Assembly (NCBI GenBank): GCA_030141605.1
Contig: JAQGDQ010000778.1
Span: forward strand, 32,498 to 96,497
Origin: Tubiluchus corallicola
Taxonomy: Eukaryota > Animalia > Priapulida
Direction of reading: 5' to 3'
DNA length: 64,000 bases
The notes beneath the pieces are model-generated. The model was not told where the DNA came from. It searched no databases and saw only the letters and a list, made by a program, of their open reading frames with translations. This document shows positions 61,567-64,000 of the stretch, one piece after another (positions within the stretch are counted from its first letter, which is position 1; each line of letters opens with the position of its first letter). The translations under genes and the position numbers were made by a program.

Positions 61567-62706
61567 GTTGTACATAACTGTTAAATGCAGAAAAAATTTG
61601 GCCGATAAAATGTTAGCGTTTTTACTTTTAACGTAGTTTCGTCAGGTCAGAGTCAGTTAGCAAGGTATAGTGTCCATTTGACAAAGTAAGTAGGAAAAAA
61701 CTATCAGTCTTTATTTGCATTATCAACCTTTAAAATGAAAGTTTCACAAGTGAATGGAATTGACTTAAAGCAAATACGTCGGTGCAAAAAAAAAGAAATA
61801 CAGAAAATGGGCACGAGGTGAGAAGTTGAATCTGGTCGCCATCGGGGTGCTGTAAAACCAGTCATTGCTAAATACCGTTTTTATCAGTTTAGAAAACTCA
61901 CACGCCTTTAATTATTAACATAATGCACTCCGAAGTACTAAGTTCGCCGTTTCTCAGCCCGAAACAGGTCTTGCACAGTTATGAACAGTGATGTACGGTT
62001 GCGGTGGATTCGTATACCTTAGTCTTCAACTTAGTCCATACCGTGGATATGTCCACTGATATTTGCATGCGATTTTAAAGGGAGTTTTGTGAGATTTCAC
62101 TTGTGTTTAATGCCAGCTCAAAACCTGAAAGACATTTTTCAACTAGAACACTATTTAAGGATGACATTTACGTCATCTAGTTCACGTTGGTGCATTTGAT
62201 AAAGAATGTTTTTAGTTTAATCAATTATAAATGTTTTTTCCACATCTGCAGGTATACGAATCCACCGCAACCGTACATCACTGTTCAAACTGTGCAAGAC
62301 CTGTCTTGGACTGAGAAAAGGCGAAGTTAGTACTTCGTAGTGCATTATGTTAATAATTAAAGACGTGTGCGTTTTCTACACTGATAAAAACGGTATTTTG
62401 CAATGACTGGTTTTGCAGCACACCGATGACGTCCAGATTCAACTTCTCACCTCGTGCCCATTTTCTGTATTTCATTCTTTGTACAGACGTGTTTGCTTTA
62501 AGTCAAATCCATTCTCTTGCAGTCATTTTAAATACTGATAATGTCAAATAAAGATTGATACTTTTTTCCTACTTACTTTCTCAAATGGACACTATACCTT
62601 GCTAACTGACTCTGACCTGACAGAACTACGTTAAAAGTAAAAATGGTAAGATTTTATCAGCCAATTTTTTTCTGTTTTTATCCATGAGAACAGTTATGTA
62701 ACCAAT
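61567..62706. repeat. Large inverted repeat (~450-bp arms, ~230-bp spacer)
   Basis: 61567-62019 is the reverse complement of 62250-62706 with scattered mismatches (e.g. GAACAGTGATGTACGGTTGCGGTGGATTCGTATACCT / AGGTATACGAATCCACCGCAACCGTACATCACTGTTC). Confidence 0.9.
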
Positions 62707-63134
62707 TACGTGAACAGTTATGTGAACAGTCATACATGTGAACGTGCGGTGGATACGCGAGACCAGTTGTACGATCGTTTGTGTGAACAGTTACAATCCC
62801 AGCATTTTCGACACAGTAATTTCACCGTAAAAGGCAAACAAAAACTTCTGAGAGACTCATAAGACCTATGCACCTGCCTACACGAGTGAGGGCAATTTCA
62901 TCAAAATGACATAAACCAGAAAAACAGGTGAGATGCTCAGATACAGGACGCACAACAGGTTTCTGTTAAGACAGTGATCTCCCTGTCTGGATTAATAAGC
63001 AAAAAGTGCTCTAGTAGTAATCATCATTATAATCTATCATAATTGAAAACAGAATTGTGCTATTTGTCTGAGTGCAATGACAAATTTGAAATGGTGTTCA
63101 GTGGTATTCTGGACAGGTAAAAGAGATGTACGTT

Positions 63135-63842
<708 letters not shown>

Positions 63843-64000
63843 TGTACGTTTTACTGTTTGAGTAGCGGCAAGATGTATTGTGTTACTGCATGCCTTGTCT
63901 AGTGTCATACATGAGTAATAGTTGGTTGATCGACTAACATTTTTAAAGTAATGAAAGTCTTCTTAATGTAACGCAATAAACAACATTCTTTATTTCCATT

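Overview
AT-rich, intron-rich invertebrate (metazoan) genomic DNA, not prokaryotic. I reconstructed three protein-coding genes by hand from GT-AG junctions and reading-frame continuity. (1) A complete Host Cell Factor (HCF-1/HCFC1) gene on the + strand, 189-47699, 28 coding exons, about 1654 aa: Kelch domain, SAS1N, basic region, central repeat region, acidic region, FN3 repeats and NLS. (2) An RNF217-like RBR E3 ligase, 3 exons, about 560 aa, nested antisense in HCF intron 23. (3) A dystroglycan-like membrane mucin on the - strand, 58389-51088, 5 coding exons, about 1365 aa, convergent with HCF. Introns contain many hAT, Tc1/pogo-type and TTAA-flanked MITEs with visible TSDs, a 5S rRNA-headed SINE (two copies), LINE fragments and mini/microsatellites. 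The most striking observation is in the middle of this invertebrate HCF: six PPGET...TTDT repeats plus one PCETTTTNTTNTTTT repeat whose Cys codon is split by an intron. They align in register with the vertebrate OGT-cleaved HCF-1PRO repeat, and no canonical Taspase1 site is visible. Second, several HCF introns begin or end in tandem arrays that contain copies of the splice site itself. All family assignments rest on recalled motifs; no searches were run.
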